The notes under the pieces: generated by a model | Told to the model about the DNA's origin: nothing | The model's database searches: none | Seen by the model: only the letters and a program-made list of their open reading frames with translations | Made by a program: the position numbers and the translations under genes | In this document: piece by piece, positions 28,518 to 38,980 of the stretch | Position numbering within the stretch: position 1 is the first letter of the stretch | How the letters are laid out: each line of letters opens with the position of its first letter | Assembly (NCBI GenBank): GCA_028865345.1 | Contig: JAGWKL010000004.1 | Span: 8,457-72,456 of the forward strand | DNA: 64,000 nt | Direction: 5' to 3' | Source of the DNA: Candidatus Omnitrophota bacterium | GTDB taxonomy: Bacteria > Omnitrophota > Gorgyraeia > Zapsychrales > Fredricksoniimonadaceae

Positions 28518-29251
28518 TTTTTAATCCCCAATCGCAAATAGAATAAGGGTCTCAGGATGCTCCACCAGCTGACGATAGGGACCATCTTGGTATATCCGCC
28601 CAATTTTTTGGGCGGATAGATCTTGGTCACAAAAGCTTCCTTATATTTATAGCCCAGCGTGATCACCTTCCATAATATATACGGCTCCAGCTCATAGGTG
28701 TTGAGCCAATCCTGGTTGAGATTGATGCGTTGATCGTCAAAAAGGCCGAGCCGGATGGCCCTGAAACCGTTGGTGGTGTCCGTCAGGCGGCGGCCGGTAA
28801 AAAGAGAAAACACAAAAGGGTGCAGCCGGGTGGCGAACTTTCTGTAAAAAGGCATCTGCCCGCCTGATCCCACCTTTCCCAAATAACGGGAACCTTGCAC
28901 CAGATCGCAGCCTTCATCGATAACGGGCCCAAGCAATTGAGGGATCTCTTCGGGATTGTCCTTGTCATTGCCTGCCATGATGACGATGATCTCATAGCCG
29001 TTGTTTCTGGCATATTCGATCCCGGTGCGGATGGCCGCTCCCACCCCGCGGCGTAGAGGATGTATGATGGTCTTAACGCCGCGGTCTTTAAAGGACGCGA
29101 TCATTTCGGTCGTGCCGTCATCGGAGCCGTCATCCACGATCAAATAATCCGCCTGGGACGGCATCCGGCTCCTGAGGAACCGTTCAATGACATTGCCCAG
29201 TTTGACCTTCTCGTTATACGCAACCGGCACTACTAAAATCTTAGGCGTCAT
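28514..29251 (-). CDS. Glycosyltransferase family 2 (DPM1-like)
   Basis: [25 protein letters not shown]. Confidence 0.9.
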   Translation of the reverse strand: MTPKILVVPVAYNEKVKLGNVIERFLRSRMPSQADYLIVDDGSDDGTTEMIASFKDRGVKTIIHPLRRGVGAAIRTGIEYARNNGYEIIVIMAGNDKDNPEEIPQLLGPVIDEGCDLVQGSRYLGKVGSGGQMPFYRKFATRLHPFVFSLFTGRRLTDTTNGFRAIRLGLFDDQRINLNQDWLNTYELEPYILWKVITLGYKYKEAFVTKIYPPKKLGGYTKMVPIVSWWSILRPLFYLRLGIKK

Positions 29252-29801
29252 AAGGAATGATCTTGTTATTGCTCATCCGGTAGGATGCGCCGCAGGCGCA
29301 TTTGAACTGATCATTCAAGGTGCGGCCGCAACGGCAGGCATATCCCGTCATGCGCGCCGGATTCCCGACGACAATGACGTAATCTGGGACATTTTTGACA
29401 ACTACGCTCCCTGCACCCACGACCGCGTACGCCCCGATCGTGATCCCGCACATGACCGTGGCATTGGCGCCTATCGTCGCCCCCCTGGCCACCAGGGTCT
29501 TTTCCAGGGTCCAGGCGTCCCCACGATGACTGCGTGGATTGCGGTCATTGATAAAGGCAACCCCGAAAGAGATAAACGCGTCGTCTTCGATCGTCACTCC
29601 GTCGAAAACCGCCACCCCGTTCTTGACGGTCACGTGGTCGCCGATGACCGCACCTTTTTCGATATAACAGCCATCGCCGACATTGCAATGCGCGCCGATG
29701 ACCGCACCTTCCATGATATTGGCATTGGCCCAGATGCGACTTCCCTCGCCGATCTGCGCTTTCGGATGCACCATGGCCCGTTCATGCTTGAAAAACTTCA
29801 T
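29241..29801 (-). CDS. Hexapeptide N-acetyltransferase (WbpD-like)
   Basis: Hexapeptide repeats, F.NDRNPRS, VVGNPAR, C-terminal CxCG...CxCG. Confidence 0.88.
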   Translation of the reverse strand: MKFFKHERAMVHPKAQIGEGSRIWANANIMEGAVIGAHCNVGDGCYIEKGAVIGDHVTVKNGVAVFDGVTIEDDAFISFGVAFINDRNPRSHRGDAWTLEKTLVARGATIGANATVMCGITIGAYAVVGAGSVVVKNVPDYVIVVGNPARMTGYACRCGRTLNDQFKCACGASYRMSNNKIIPYDA

Positions 29802-30811
29802 AAATTGACCACTTCTCCCCTGCGGTTGATGGACTCACCGATAGCCGCCAAAGTGCGCACCACGTCTGCGGCTTTGCCCGCATCCGCCAGCAAAGGCGGC
29901 TGGTTTTTCTCCACGCATTGTAAAAAATATTGAGCCTGCGCTTTCAAAGGCTCGTTAAACCCGATCTTGGGGATCGTAATGCTGCCTTCACGGGAAAGCA
30001 ACTGGAATTCTCCATAAGTTTCATAGTAGACAGAGGTCTTTTCCACATGTTTGTCATAAAGTTTGATCGGGCCTTCGGTATCCAGGTCGTCCCAGGCCAC
30101 CATTTTCTGGTTTCCCACGACGGTGATCTGGCGCACCTTCTTAGGGTCCAGCCAGCTGACGTGCACATTGACCATGATATTGTCCGGATAATCGATGGCG
30201 GCGAATCCCAGATCATCCAAATGACCGCCCAGGCATTTATGCCCGCGCGCCGAGACAGATAGCGGCGCGCTGTCAAAAAGAAAATTGAAGATAGCAATGT
30301 CATGCGGGGCCAGGTCCCAAAGGGCATTGACATCGTAACGGAAAGGCCCCAGATTTGTGCGCTGGGAATGCGCGTAATGGACCTTGCCTATTTCGCCTGA
30401 CTGGATATATTCACGCAATTTGACGATGCCCTGATTGAAGATGAAAATATGCCCGGTCATCAATATCCTCTCCAAGGACCTGGACACATCGCCTAACTGC
30501 AGGCATTCTTCCGGCCGCATGGCCAACGGTTTTTCACAAAGCACATGCTTGCCCGCCTGCAGGGCTTCCAGGGTGATCTTAAAATGGAAATTGGTGGGCA
30601 CGGCGACAACCACGGCGTCGATGCCGGGATTTTTAAGGATATCATTATGGTCTTTGGTGGTTTGGATTTCAGGAAAAAGGGCCTTGATGGCTGACAGACG
30701 TTTTTCGTCGAGGTCCGCGACCATCAACACCTTGGAATTGGCCAACTGGGAAAAAACGCGTATGTGATTTGGTCCCCAATGTCCGCAGCCGATGACGCCG
30801 ATAGAGATCAT
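29798..30811 (-). CDS. Gfo/Idh/MocA oxidoreductase (WbpB-like sugar dehydrogenase)
   Basis: [24 protein letters not shown]. Confidence 0.9.
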   Translation of the reverse strand: MISIGVIGCGHWGPNHIRVFSQLANSKVLMVADLDEKRLSAIKALFPEIQTTKDHNDILKNPGIDAVVVAVPTNFHFKITLEALQAGKHVLCEKPLAMRPEECLQLGDVSRSLERILMTGHIFIFNQGIVKLREYIQSGEIGKVHYAHSQRTNLGPFRYDVNALWDLAPHDIAIFNFLFDSAPLSVSARGHKCLGGHLDDLGFAAIDYPDNIMVNVHVSWLDPKKVRQITVVGNQKMVAWDDLDTEGPIKLYDKHVEKTSVYYETYGEFQLLSREGSITIPKIGFNEPLKAQAQYFLQCVEKNQPPLLADAGKAADVVRTLAAIGESINRRGEVVNL

Positions 30812-30979
30812 GATTTGCCGCCCCTGGTTTAAATTCAACCCATTATACTTAAAACTGTCCTAAACCCAAAATCTTTATTTACGGAATATTCCCTGATATC
30901 CCCTTGTTGCTTGCCAGGCAAAGCTAAGTTAGACATATTCCCTATTGCTTGCCCGGCAGCAGTGGTTTAGAATGTCGGC

Positions 30980-31402
30980 ATGTGGCAAAGGAGAATAAAA
31001 ATCATTTTCCTGGCCTGCGTGATCTTTGCCGCGGCCTTTGACCTCTGGCGGGCCTATGCCCAGGCTGTTTTCCAGTTCCAGGACCACGCCACCGTCCCCT
31101 TGCACAGTCTGGGATATCCATTTATGGGCCTGGAAAGTCTTTTTAAGGACGTCCCTGGGGTCGGCTATTACACCGATCAAACGATAGATTCCGGCAACCC
31201 CCTGGCCACCGCCCAATTTGAACTGGCCCAATATATGCTGGCCCCGACGGTGCTGGACTTGAACCATCCCCGATGGCGCTGGGACATCTTTGCTTGCACC
31301 AGTCCCCAGACGGCCCTGGAGGCCATCAAACGCCTGGGGCTCGTTCCTTTGAAAACGAACCACGGCATCATTTTGGCTTATAACCCTCGTGGCATCGATT
31401 GA
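30980..31402 (+). CDS. Hypothetical membrane-anchored protein
   Basis: N-terminal TM; AQYMLAP motif; overlaps downstream gene. Confidence 0.7.
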   Translation: MWQRRIKIIFLACVIFAAAFDLWRAYAQAVFQFQDHATVPLHSLGYPFMGLESLFKDVPGVGYYTDQTIDSGNPLATAQFELAQYMLAPTVLDLNHPRWRWDIFACTSPQTALEAIKRLGLVPLKTNHGIILAYNPRGID

Positions 31403-32718
31403 TGATTTATTTGCTTGGTCTCCTTATTAGTTTGACGGCAGGCCTTCTTTTTATCCGCGTGTTCGCATCCAAACGCCTCGAAGCTGTGCTGCATCTTCTA
31501 CTGGCCTTGAGTTTGGGCCTGGGGCTCGTGGGTACATCCGCCTTTTATGTGCATATTCTTTTAAACCAATTCAACCGCTTTATTCCCGTCGCGGTCGTCC
31601 TGTCCGGGACCCTCGTCTCATTTTTTATAAAACCTTTTTCTCTTCCGCAATTGCGGATGACCAAAGCCCATGCCTTGGGCCTGTTGGTCTTGGGTCTCAT
31701 CGCTGTTCCTCTGGCTGTCTGCGCCCACTATTATCCCTTCGGCGGATGGGACGCGTGGTCCTGCTGGAATCTGAAAGCAAAATTCATCTTTCTGGGTCAT
31801 GAGCACTGGAAGGAAGTCCTCGCCCCCAGTTTTTGGCGCAGCAATACGCAATATCCCCTGCTTTGGCCCCTGATCAATGTATGGTTTTGGGACCTGGGGG
31901 GCAAATTCAGCCAGGCCGTACCCATGCTCAATAGTGTTGTCATCGCCCTGTTGACCGCCGGGGTATTGTTTTTCGGACTGCTGGAACTGACCGGCCGTAT
32001 GTGGCCGAACCTCCTGGCCGTTTTCATCATCATGGCCGTGCCCTTCAATATCATTTTATACGCCAGCCAATACAGCGACAGCCTGCTGGGCCTTTACCTG
32101 TTGTCCTCCTTCCTGTGCCTGCTGCTGGCGGAGAAATATAATGAAGCAAACTTCAGAATATTAAGCATGGTATTTTTGGGATTGATGAGTTTTGCCAAAG
32201 ATGAAGGCCTGGCAGCTGCTGTGATCGCGGCCTTCGTTATTTATTGGCACCTGCTGCCTAAAAAGAATGGGGTTGGGCTCAAAGCATTTTGGAAAGACAA
32301 TGGCAAGTTGATCTTCTGGTTTATCGTCGCGGCCCTGCCGACTGTTATTTTCAAACTGTTTCTTGCGCCTAAAAACGTGGCTTTTATCAACGGATTGGTG
32401 TCGGCGGATAAACCCACCGATTGGGCACGCTTGGCCGTCATTGCAGTTTATCCCTGGTTTGAGTTTATATCGGCCAAATGGGGCGGATTTTGGCTTCTGG
32501 CTGCAGGCGGCATCTTATTGGCCGGGAAAAAATTGTGGCGGACGGCCGCGGGTACAATCGGATTGACTCTGGTGTTCTATCTGGGTGTGGTTCTGGCTTA
32601 TTATGCGCTGAATACTTACTTTGAAATCGGCTGGTGGATGTCAACGACCCTTTCACGCATCCTCTTTGCTCTTTTGCCTACGGTCGTCTTATGGATAGGA
32701 TACGGCCTGGAAACTTAA
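31399..32718 (+). CDS. Polytopic membrane protein, probable GT-C glycosyltransferase
   Basis: About 12 TM; WDAW..WNLKAK, YPLL.P, YSD, KDEG motifs. Confidence 0.7.
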   Translation: MMIYLLGLLISLTAGLLFIRVFASKRLEAVLHLLLALSLGLGLVGTSAFYVHILLNQFNRFIPVAVVLSGTLVSFFIKPFSLPQLRMTKAHALGLLVLGLIAVPLAVCAHYYPFGGWDAWSCWNLKAKFIFLGHEHWKEVLAPSFWRSNTQYPLLWPLINVWFWDLGGKFSQAVPMLNSVVIALLTAGVLFFGLLELTGRMWPNLLAVFIIMAVPFNIILYASQYSDSLLGLYLLSSFLCLLLAEKYNEANFRILSMVFLGLMSFAKDEGLAAAVIAAFVIYWHLLPKKNGVGLKAFWKDNGKLIFWFIVAALPTVIFKLFLAPKNVAFINGLVSADKPTDWARLAVIAVYPWFEFISAKWGGFWLLAAGGILLAGKKLWRTAAGTIGLTLVFYLGVVLAYYALNTYFEIGWWMSTTLSRILFALLPTVVLWIGYGLET

Positions 32719-33191
32719 GGCCGCTTGATCTTCTTGATCTTATATTTTAATACTCCCGCCGGGACCTTGATCTCCAGGGTCTCCCCCGCCTTGTGCCCCA
32801 AGAGGCCTTGGCCTATGGGTGAATGGATGGAAATCTTGTTTTCATCGTAATTGGCCTCTTCCGGCGAGACCAGCATATAGGTCAATTCTTCGTCGTTGTC
32901 CACATCCTGCATGGTGACAATGGCGCCGATGAATATCTTGTCGGCGGGAATGTTCTCGTTCTCGATGATGCGCACGTTGGCCAGCCTGCCTTCCAGTTCG
33001 GCAATGCGTGCCTCATTATGCGCCTGCGCCTCCTTGGCCGCATCATATTCCGCGTTCTCTGAAATATCTCCCTGGGCGCGGGCCTCGCCGATGGCTTTGG
33101 CGATCTTTTGGCGCTCGACGGACTTGAGGGTTTCCAATTGGGACTGAAGTTTTTGAAACCCTGCCTTGGTCAGGTAAACTTCGTTTCCCAT
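32715..33191 (-). CDS. greA: Transcription elongation factor GreA
   Basis: GDISENAEY, ISIHSPIG.GLLG. Confidence 0.96.
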   Translation of the reverse strand: MGNEVYLTKAGFQKLQSQLETLKSVERQKIAKAIGEARAQGDISENAEYDAAKEAQAHNEARIAELEGRLANVRIIENENIPADKIFIGAIVTMQDVDNDEELTYMLVSPEEANYDENKISIHSPIGQGLLGHKAGETLEIKVPAGVLKYKIKKIKRP

Positions 33192-33192
33192 T

Positions 33193-33423
33193 TTACATCG
33201 CCTCAATGGCCTTCATCATGATCGGGACAACGGCCTGCGCCTCTTCCTTGCTCAAACGGCCCAACTTGGTGAAGCTCCACTGGCCGTCGATCTGGTTCTC
33301 GCGGGTGATCTGCAGCTTCTTGGGCGCCCCATTATAGGAATAAACGCCGACACTGATGCGGGTGTTCGTAAAGTCGATGACCTCCTTGAAGGAAGACACA
33401 TCCAGTGATTGATCGTAAGGCAT
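33193..33423 (-). CDS. Small hypothetical protein (possible PC4-like nucleic-acid-binding fold)
   Basis: AAAGGA RBS; beta strands (YSYNG..KLQI.R...W.F.KLGRL) plus C-terminal helix; between ybaB and greA. Confidence 0.7.
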   Translation of the reverse strand: MPYDQSLDVSSFKEVIDFTNTRISVGVYSYNGAPKKLQITRENQIDGQWSFTKLGRLSKEEAQAVVPIMMKAIEAM

Positions 33424-33448
33424 TTGCTTTTGTCCTTTCTTTAAACGA

Positions 33449-33745
33449 TTACGACAGCCCCGGCAAATTAAACCCGGGCATGTTCTTCATTTTATTGGCC
33501 GCTGCCTGCTGGGAACGTTTTACGGCGGTATTCAAATTCTTCAACAGGTCCATTTGAATGCGGTTCTTATTGCCGGCATTTAAAAGGCTTTCATCGATCT
33601 CGATGGACTGGAATATCTGCGCCCCGTTGACGACAAGCTTGATGCCCCTGCTCTCCGAGACCTCAATGATGGTGGCTTCCAGCTCTTTTTTGAGTATGTC
33701 CGCCTGTTTCTTCATTTCCATTAACTTTTTGACTTGATCTAACAT
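33449..33745 (-). CDS. ybaB: YbaB/EbfC nucleoid-associated protein
   Basis: Helix-beta-helix, NG....SIEID, GFNLPGL tail. Confidence 0.85.
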   Translation of the reverse strand: MLDQVKKLMEMKKQADILKKELEATIIEVSESRGIKLVVNGAQIFQSIEIDESLLNAGNKNRIQMDLLKNLNTAVKRSQQAAANKMKNMPGFNLPGLS

Positions 33746-33834
33746 GCGCAACTCCTGTTGGAAATTCTAAATTATATATAAACTATGGAAAGTACTTTAT
33801 ACCCCAAGTTTCAATTTTTTGCAAGCAATAACCT

Positions 33835-34128
33835 TTATTGCAGTCTCAGAGCCATGGTGTATAAGCTCGCCACCAAAAACTTTTGAAGGAACGCAATGAT
33901 CAACCAGGCGATGATCGGCGAAATATCAATGGGCATCGGCGGCAACAGGCGGCGGATCGGCTCCAGCACAGGGTCCGTGACGCGAACCAGGAACTGGACG
34001 ATGGGATTGAACGGGTCAGGATTGACCCAGCTTATCAGGGCCCGGATCAGGATCAGCCACCACATGATCGTCAAAAAGGCGTCGATCACCCAGGCCAAGG
34101 CATCCACAAAATTACCAAAAACAAACAT
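33835..34128 (-). CDS. yggT: YggT family membrane protein
   Basis: SWVNPDP.NPIV...TDP.L.PIRR.LP..DISPI. Confidence 0.93.
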   Translation of the reverse strand: MFVFGNFVDALAWVIDAFLTIMWWLILIRALISWVNPDPFNPIVQFLVRVTDPVLEPIRRLLPPMPIDISPIIAWLIIAFLQKFLVASLYTMALRLQ

Positions 34129-34159
34129 AAAAACCACCTTCCTTAAAAATTAACGAAAC

Positions 34160-34756
34160 CTAAAAAACTTTAAACAAATTGCCTTCCAGTAATCTTTCAT
34201 TGATTCTGTTGAGGAGTTCCTTGGTTTTATAGGAAACATCCTTCCAGTCATGCAGCACGTCCTGGACGCCTTGGCTGGTCCCCTGCAGGGAAATGGCCGT
34301 CCTGGTGATGACTGCGGCCATGTCCTCCACGTCCAGCGGGTCCTCGCCGATAATCGGCGCGGTGGGGTCAAACGGTTTTAGAGCGTGGTCCTCGCTGATC
34401 TCGATGAGCTTCTGGCCCAGGACCCCTTCCGTCCTGATGCTGACCCTGGAACATTTAAGGAACTCGAATTCATATTTTTTGTAAATGTCCATGGTCACCT
34501 TGAGGCTTCGCCCTTCGATGGGCTGCCTCAGAAAATCGACCGACCCCACCACCCCCACATCAACCCCGGAAATGCGGATGGGAGAACCCTCGACCAGGCC
34601 GCCGACCTGGTTAAAAAGGGCGATCACCTGGAATTTTGGTTCTGTCAGTCCGCGGTCGATGCCGATCACAAAAATACTGACTGCGATCAGTGCCAGACCT
34701 GCGATAAAAAACAAGCCCGCCGTTATTTTCTTAATACTCCCGCCGTTGTTCTCCAT
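34160..34756 (-). CDS. mlaD: MlaD/MCE family protein
   Basis: GL..GSPI..SGV.VG.V, TEGVLG.K.IEI. Confidence 0.9.
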   Translation of the reverse strand: MENNGGSIKKITAGLFFIAGLALIAVSIFVIGIDRGLTEPKFQVIALFNQVGGLVEGSPIRISGVDVGVVGSVDFLRQPIEGRSLKVTMDIYKKYEFEFLKCSRVSIRTEGVLGQKLIEISEDHALKPFDPTAPIIGEDPLDVEDMAAVITRTAISLQGTSQGVQDVLHDWKDVSYKTKELLNRINERLLEGNLFKVF

Positions 34757-34822
34757 GATCCTCCCTGTCCGCCTAAGTTTTTGAGCAGGCCCCGAGTCTG
34801 GGGACGTCTCCGGGGGCAGGCC

Positions 34823-35551
34823 TTACGAAGTCGCTGCCTGCAAAAATTCCTGCACAAACGGTTCTTTCGATTCCTTTAATTGCCGGGCCGTTCCCTCGGC
34901 CGCGATACGGCATTCATTAATAATCAGGAGCCTGGTGGCGATCCGCAGCGCATTGCCCACATCATGGGATGTCATCACCGTGGTGGAGCCGATTTGCCGG
35001 GACACGTGGCAAATCAAATCCGAGATGTCCCGGCTGCGGATAGGATCCAGGCCGGAGGTCGGCTCATCACATAAAAGGACCTTGGCCCCCAGCACAATGG
35101 CCCGGGCCAAACCCACTCTTTTTTTCATGCCGCCGCTCAACTCTCCCGGTATTTTGGATTCCACCCCCTGAAGGTCCACCAGTTTCAAAACTTCGCGCAC
35201 ACGCGCGGCCACCTCCACTTTTGAAAGCCTGGTATGTTCCCTCAACGGAAAAGCCACATTATCATAAATATCCATAAAATCGTACAAGGCCCCTTCCTGG
35301 AACAGATATCCCATATCATGGCGCACCTTCAAGAGCTTCTCTTCACTTAAAGAACCGATGTCCACACCATTGATAATGACTTCTCCCCGGTCCGGACGGA
35401 TAAGTCCGATCAAATGTTTCAGGAGCACGGTCTTTCCGGCACCGCTTAAACCTAAAACGGCAAGTATCTCACCCCGGGCCACATTAAAAGAGATGTTTTC
35501 CAGCACCTGCTGGCCGCCCAACTGCTTATACAGGCCTTCGACTTTAATCAT
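34823..35551 (-). CDS. mlaF: MlaF-like ABC ATPase
   Basis: GLSGAGKT, FQEGALYD, LSGGMKKRVGLARA, DEPTSGLDP; start moved to ATG 35551. Confidence 0.92.
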   Translation of the reverse strand: MIKVEGLYKQLGGQQVLENISFNVARGEILAVLGLSGAGKTVLLKHLIGLIRPDRGEVIINGVDIGSLSEEKLLKVRHDMGYLFQEGALYDFMDIYDNVAFPLREHTRLSKVEVAARVREVLKLVDLQGVESKIPGELSGGMKKRVGLARAIVLGAKVLLCDEPTSGLDPIRSRDISDLICHVSRQIGSTTVMTSHDVGNALRIATRLLIINECRIAAEGTARQLKESKEPFVQEFLQAATS

Positions 35552-35894
35552 AATCCCGCCGTTCCCAATAACGGAACTTATTTTTATCAAATTTCGTATA
35601 AATGCGGCTGTAGGGCTGAGTGTCGATTTTTGCCACAAAAACCTGCACCCCTCTGTATTCACCGACCTCGTAAACTTCCGAATCGCTCATGACCTCGTAA
35701 TCATCGACGGGGTACCATTTGTCCCCTTCGAATTGGATGGGCTGGCCATTGCGGATCCACCCCGCTTCGACCGCCGGAGCCGGATAACTTTGCACATCAC
35801 CGCCGTTTTGGGAAGGCGCCGACGCACAGCCGGCCGTCAATGCCATGAGCGCCAACCCTATTGCCATGGTAAGGAGTCTTCGCCGATCGTTCAT
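35544..35894 (-). CDS. Small lipoprotein within the mla operon
   Basis: Lipobox LTAGC; lies between mlaE and mlaF. Confidence 0.75.
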   Translation of the reverse strand: MNDRRRLLTMAIGLALMALTAGCASAPSQNGGDVQSYPAPAVEAGWIRNGQPIQFEGDKWYPVDDYEVMSDSEVYEVGEYRGVQVFVAKIDTQPYSRIYTKFDKNKFRYWERRDYD

Positions 35895-35897
35895 ACG

Positions 35898-36671
35898 TCA
35901 CCCCCAAAATGTTAAAATGATCTTGGTCAAAACAGTATTGGATATGATCACCGCAATATAGGAATACGCCACCGCCTTGGTGGTGAAACGTCCCACACCC
36001 ACGGCCCCGCCTCGCGTGAAAAACCCCTGATAGCTGCAGATCCATGCGATGATGACGGCAAAGAAAAAGACCTTGATAAACCCGCTGAAGAAATCCACGT
36101 AACCAACCGCTTCCAGGGTCTCGTGGATATAAAACGGCCCGGGCGTATGCGCCTGGGTCACGGCGATCAAGTAGCCTCCGGCAATGCCGAAGAATTCAGA
36201 AATAATGACCAGCACCGGCAATACCAGGAAACAAGCCAGAAACCGCGGGACCACCAAATACTCAAGAGGGTCGACCCCCATGGCGCGCGTCGCCAGGATC
36301 TGGTCATGGGTGGCCATCGTCCCCAATTCCGCGGTCATCCCCGCTCCGGCCTTGCCGGAAAAAATAAGCGAGGTAAAAACAGGGCTGAGTTCCCTGATCA
36401 GGGACAACGCCACAAGCCGCGCGATAAACTCCTTGGCGCCGAAGCGCTGCAGGGTGATAGAACCCTGCAATCCCAGCACAGCCCCCGTGGCCAGCGACGT
36501 CAGGATGACGATGACCGTCGTCTGCACACCCTGCTCGTACATCTGGTCCAGAACAGCGCCCCACCGCACCCGGCCGCGGGCGATCAGGGAGCAGATGTTC
36601 CCTAAAAAGAAAATGGCCTCGCCGGTGCTGTGCAGATGTGCATAAACGCTTTTGAGCAAACGGTCCGTCAT
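35898..36671 (-). CDS. mlaE: MlaE ABC permease
   Basis: RELSPV, AELGTM..., MGVDP..YLVVPR, GAVGVG..TT.AV. Confidence 0.93.
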   Translation of the reverse strand: MTDRLLKSVYAHLHSTGEAIFFLGNICSLIARGRVRWGAVLDQMYEQGVQTTVIVILTSLATGAVLGLQGSITLQRFGAKEFIARLVALSLIRELSPVFTSLIFSGKAGAGMTAELGTMATHDQILATRAMGVDPLEYLVVPRFLACFLVLPVLVIISEFFGIAGGYLIAVTQAHTPGPFYIHETLEAVGYVDFFSGFIKVFFFAVIIAWICSYQGFFTRGGAVGVGRFTTKAVAYSYIAVIISNTVLTKIILTFWG

Positions 36672-37159
36672 TACTTTTCTTTCAGCCAAAGGCGGCGGAG
36701 TTCTTTGTTGATCATCTCCTGCCGGATTAAAGATATGTTCTTGGCGGCGGATCCCCCTGAAGAGAACTCTCCCCTTGAGAAGCAGGACGCTGTCCCCTTT
36801 GTAAAAGCCGCCACCTTCATCACCCTGGCGCCCAAACTGCGCGCGTATAGGAATATGTCCTTGTCATCGGATACAACCACACAGGTTTTTATTTCCTGGT
36901 CCTCCCGGACCATGCGTTTGATGGCGTCGTCCGCCGATCCTTGCGAAAAGATCACCCGTATCTCCTGCTGGAGCATGGAGCCCATCTGGTCCGAATGCCC
37001 ATCAAAGACAACGGTGACCTTGTTATTCACGCTTCCCTGCGGGCGTGCGGTGTCAATCCATTTTAAAAGAGCGCGGCGTCCCTCTTCAAGAGGAAGTTTG
37101 TCGAAGTCAGGGACTTGTTTGAGAATATTGTACCCGTCCAGAAGGTAATGTAGAGACAT
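36671..37159 (-). CDS. NYN/YacP-like PIN-domain ribonuclease
   Basis: LLDGYN, VVFDG, SADD.I, VVSDD. Confidence 0.85.
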   Translation of the reverse strand: MSLHYLLDGYNILKQVPDFDKLPLEEGRRALLKWIDTARPQGSVNNKVTVVFDGHSDQMGSMLQQEIRVIFSQGSADDAIKRMVREDQEIKTCVVVSDDKDIFLYARSLGARVMKVAAFTKGTASCFSRGEFSSGGSAAKNISLIRQEMINKELRRLWLKEK

Positions 37160-38078
37160 AAATCAACCCGCATAAAAGCCCGTTAAGGATGTTAAACGCA
37201 GAATTCACCAGGCTTAAGCCCCCCGCCATCTCCTTGGACACTCCTACCAAAGGAAGCAAATAGACCCAGCCGATCTCCCTGAAACCAAGTCCGCCGATGG
37301 AAGGCAGGCATGTCACGACACAGACAATAGGAGAAAAGATAATAAAGTAGACCAGGGAGACGTTCATATGCATGCCTAAGGCCGTCAAATAAAATTCGAA
37401 TGCCAGGACGATCTGGGCGAGAATGGAAATCATGATGGCTTCCCAGCCGTTTCTTTGCCTGCCCTTTAAAAGCACGATGTCATAGTGCATCCTCATCAGG
37501 TTTTCCCTGACCTTGGGCCAGGCATGAAAAGCCCTGCACGCAAAAGAAAAAATCCGGTGGCTGAAGAGCACGACAACAAAAGCCCCCGAGGTTACGCTGA
37601 GTGCCAGGATGGCCCCGATGACCAGTTTATTTTTAATGATGCCGTGCCCCAGAAGATAAGCCGCTACGGCCAGGATGACGATGCCCGCAAACCCCGATAA
37701 ACGGTCCAGGACGATGGAAGCAAATATTTTAGGCTTATGTCCGGTCTCCTGGGCGAGTCCCAGGCCCCTGATCACATCGCTTCCGACGCTGGAGATGGGC
37801 GCCAGGCCGCAGAATTGCGATATGAAATACCAGCGCATGCTGGAAAAACTTTTAGGTTGAAGTCCCAGGGCTTTCATCAGGATCCGCCACCTCCAGACGA
37901 TCAGAAAATTGATCAGGAAAAAAATAACGCCGGCGGCGCTCATATAGCGCATGTCCGAATCCTTGATAGCCAGCCATATGTGCCTGTAATCAATGGTCAT
38001 GAAAAGCCAGGTCAGCAAACCCAGACTTAAAAGAAATGGAAGCGCCGTGGTAAAAATATTCCTGTGTTTTGCCGTCAT
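37107..38078 (-). CDS. Lysylphosphatidylglycerol synthase TM / flippase-like protein
   Basis: RWRIL, GSDVIR, DRLSG, PSIGGLGFRE; start moved to ATG 38078. Confidence 0.85.
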   Translation of the reverse strand: MTAKHRNIFTTALPFLLSLGLLTWLFMTIDYRHIWLAIKDSDMRYMSAAGVIFFLINFLIVWRWRILMKALGLQPKSFSSMRWYFISQFCGLAPISSVGSDVIRGLGLAQETGHKPKIFASIVLDRLSGFAGIVILAVAAYLLGHGIIKNKLVIGAILALSVTSGAFVVVLFSHRIFSFACRAFHAWPKVRENLMRMHYDIVLLKGRQRNGWEAIMISILAQIVLAFEFYLTALGMHMNVSLVYFIIFSPIVCVVTCLPSIGGLGFREIGWVYLLPLVGVSKEMAGGLSLVNSAFNILNGLLCGLIYVSTLPSGRVQYSQTSP

Positions 38079-38980
38079 GGGGCCGTCCTTCTTTGGGCCG
38101 CTTGGAATCCCCGTTCGGCAATATAGGAACTGCGCACGAGGGGGCCGCTTTCTACGTGCACGAAACCCATCTCCAGGCCTTTTTGGCGCCAATACTCGAA
38201 GGCCCCGGGGGAATAGAACTTCTCCACCGGCAAATGGCGTTTGGTCCTGGTGGGTGCCAGGTATTGGCCGATCGTCAGGATTCGGCAGCCGGTTGCGAGA
38301 AGCTCTTTCATCACCTCAAGGATTTCCTCATCGGTCTCGCCGAGACCGAGCATCACGGACGATTTAACAAAGCTGCCGGGGTTAAGTTTGCTAAAGGCCC
38401 GAAGCACCGCCAAAGACCTCTCATGCAAGGCTTGCGGACGGACACGGGGACTCAGGCGCCTGACCGTCTCGATATTATGCGCGATCACTTCAGGCGCGGC
38501 TGCGCTTAATATTTTCAGAGACTCTTCTTTAGCGGAAAAATCCGGAACCAGTACTTCGATTTTCACTTCCGGCGTAAGGGACCGGATGGCCGCGATCGTT
38601 CGGACGAACTGGCCGGCCCCTTCGTCCTCGACATCGTCACGCGCCACCGACGTTATCACCACATAACGCAAGGCCAGTTCTTTGACCGCCAGCGCCACGT
38701 TTTGAGGTTCCTCTGCATCCACGAGATCCGGACGTCCGGCGGGGACTGAACAAAAACGGCAGGCACGGGTGCAGGTCCCCCCCAAAATCATAAAAGTCGC
38801 CACTCCTTCTTTCCAGCAGGTCCCCATGTTGGGGCAATGGGCGCTTTCACAGACGGTGTGCAGGCGGCCGGCCTTAAAAAGGGCCTTCATGTCCCTGATC
38901 TTATCCATGTCCGGGACCTCCACCCTGAACCACTCCGGCAGCTTCACCAGACCGGAATCAAATTTTTGTCCTGTAAGCAT
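38075..38980 (-). CDS. lipA: Lipoyl synthase
   Basis: CxxxxCxxxxxC plus radical SAM CTRACRFC, HNIETV, VRSSY. Confidence 0.96.
   Translation of the reverse strand: MLTGQKFDSGLVKLPEWFRVEVPDMDKIRDMKALFKAGRLHTVCESAHCPNMGTCWKEGVATFMILGGTCTRACRFCSVPAGRPDLVDAEEPQNVALAVKELALRYVVITSVARDDVEDEGAGQFVRTIAAIRSLTPEVKIEVLVPDFSAKEESLKILSAAAPEVIAHNIETVRRLSPRVRPQALHERSLAVLRAFSKLNPGSFVKSSVMLGLGETDEEILEVMKELLATGCRILTIGQYLAPTRTKRHLPVEKFYSPGAFEYWRQKGLEMGFVHVESGPLVRSSYIAERGFQAAQRRTAP

Noticed and set aside
29187-29933. 248-aa plus-strand ORF
   Set aside because: Antisense to the acetyltransferase and oxidoreductase genes
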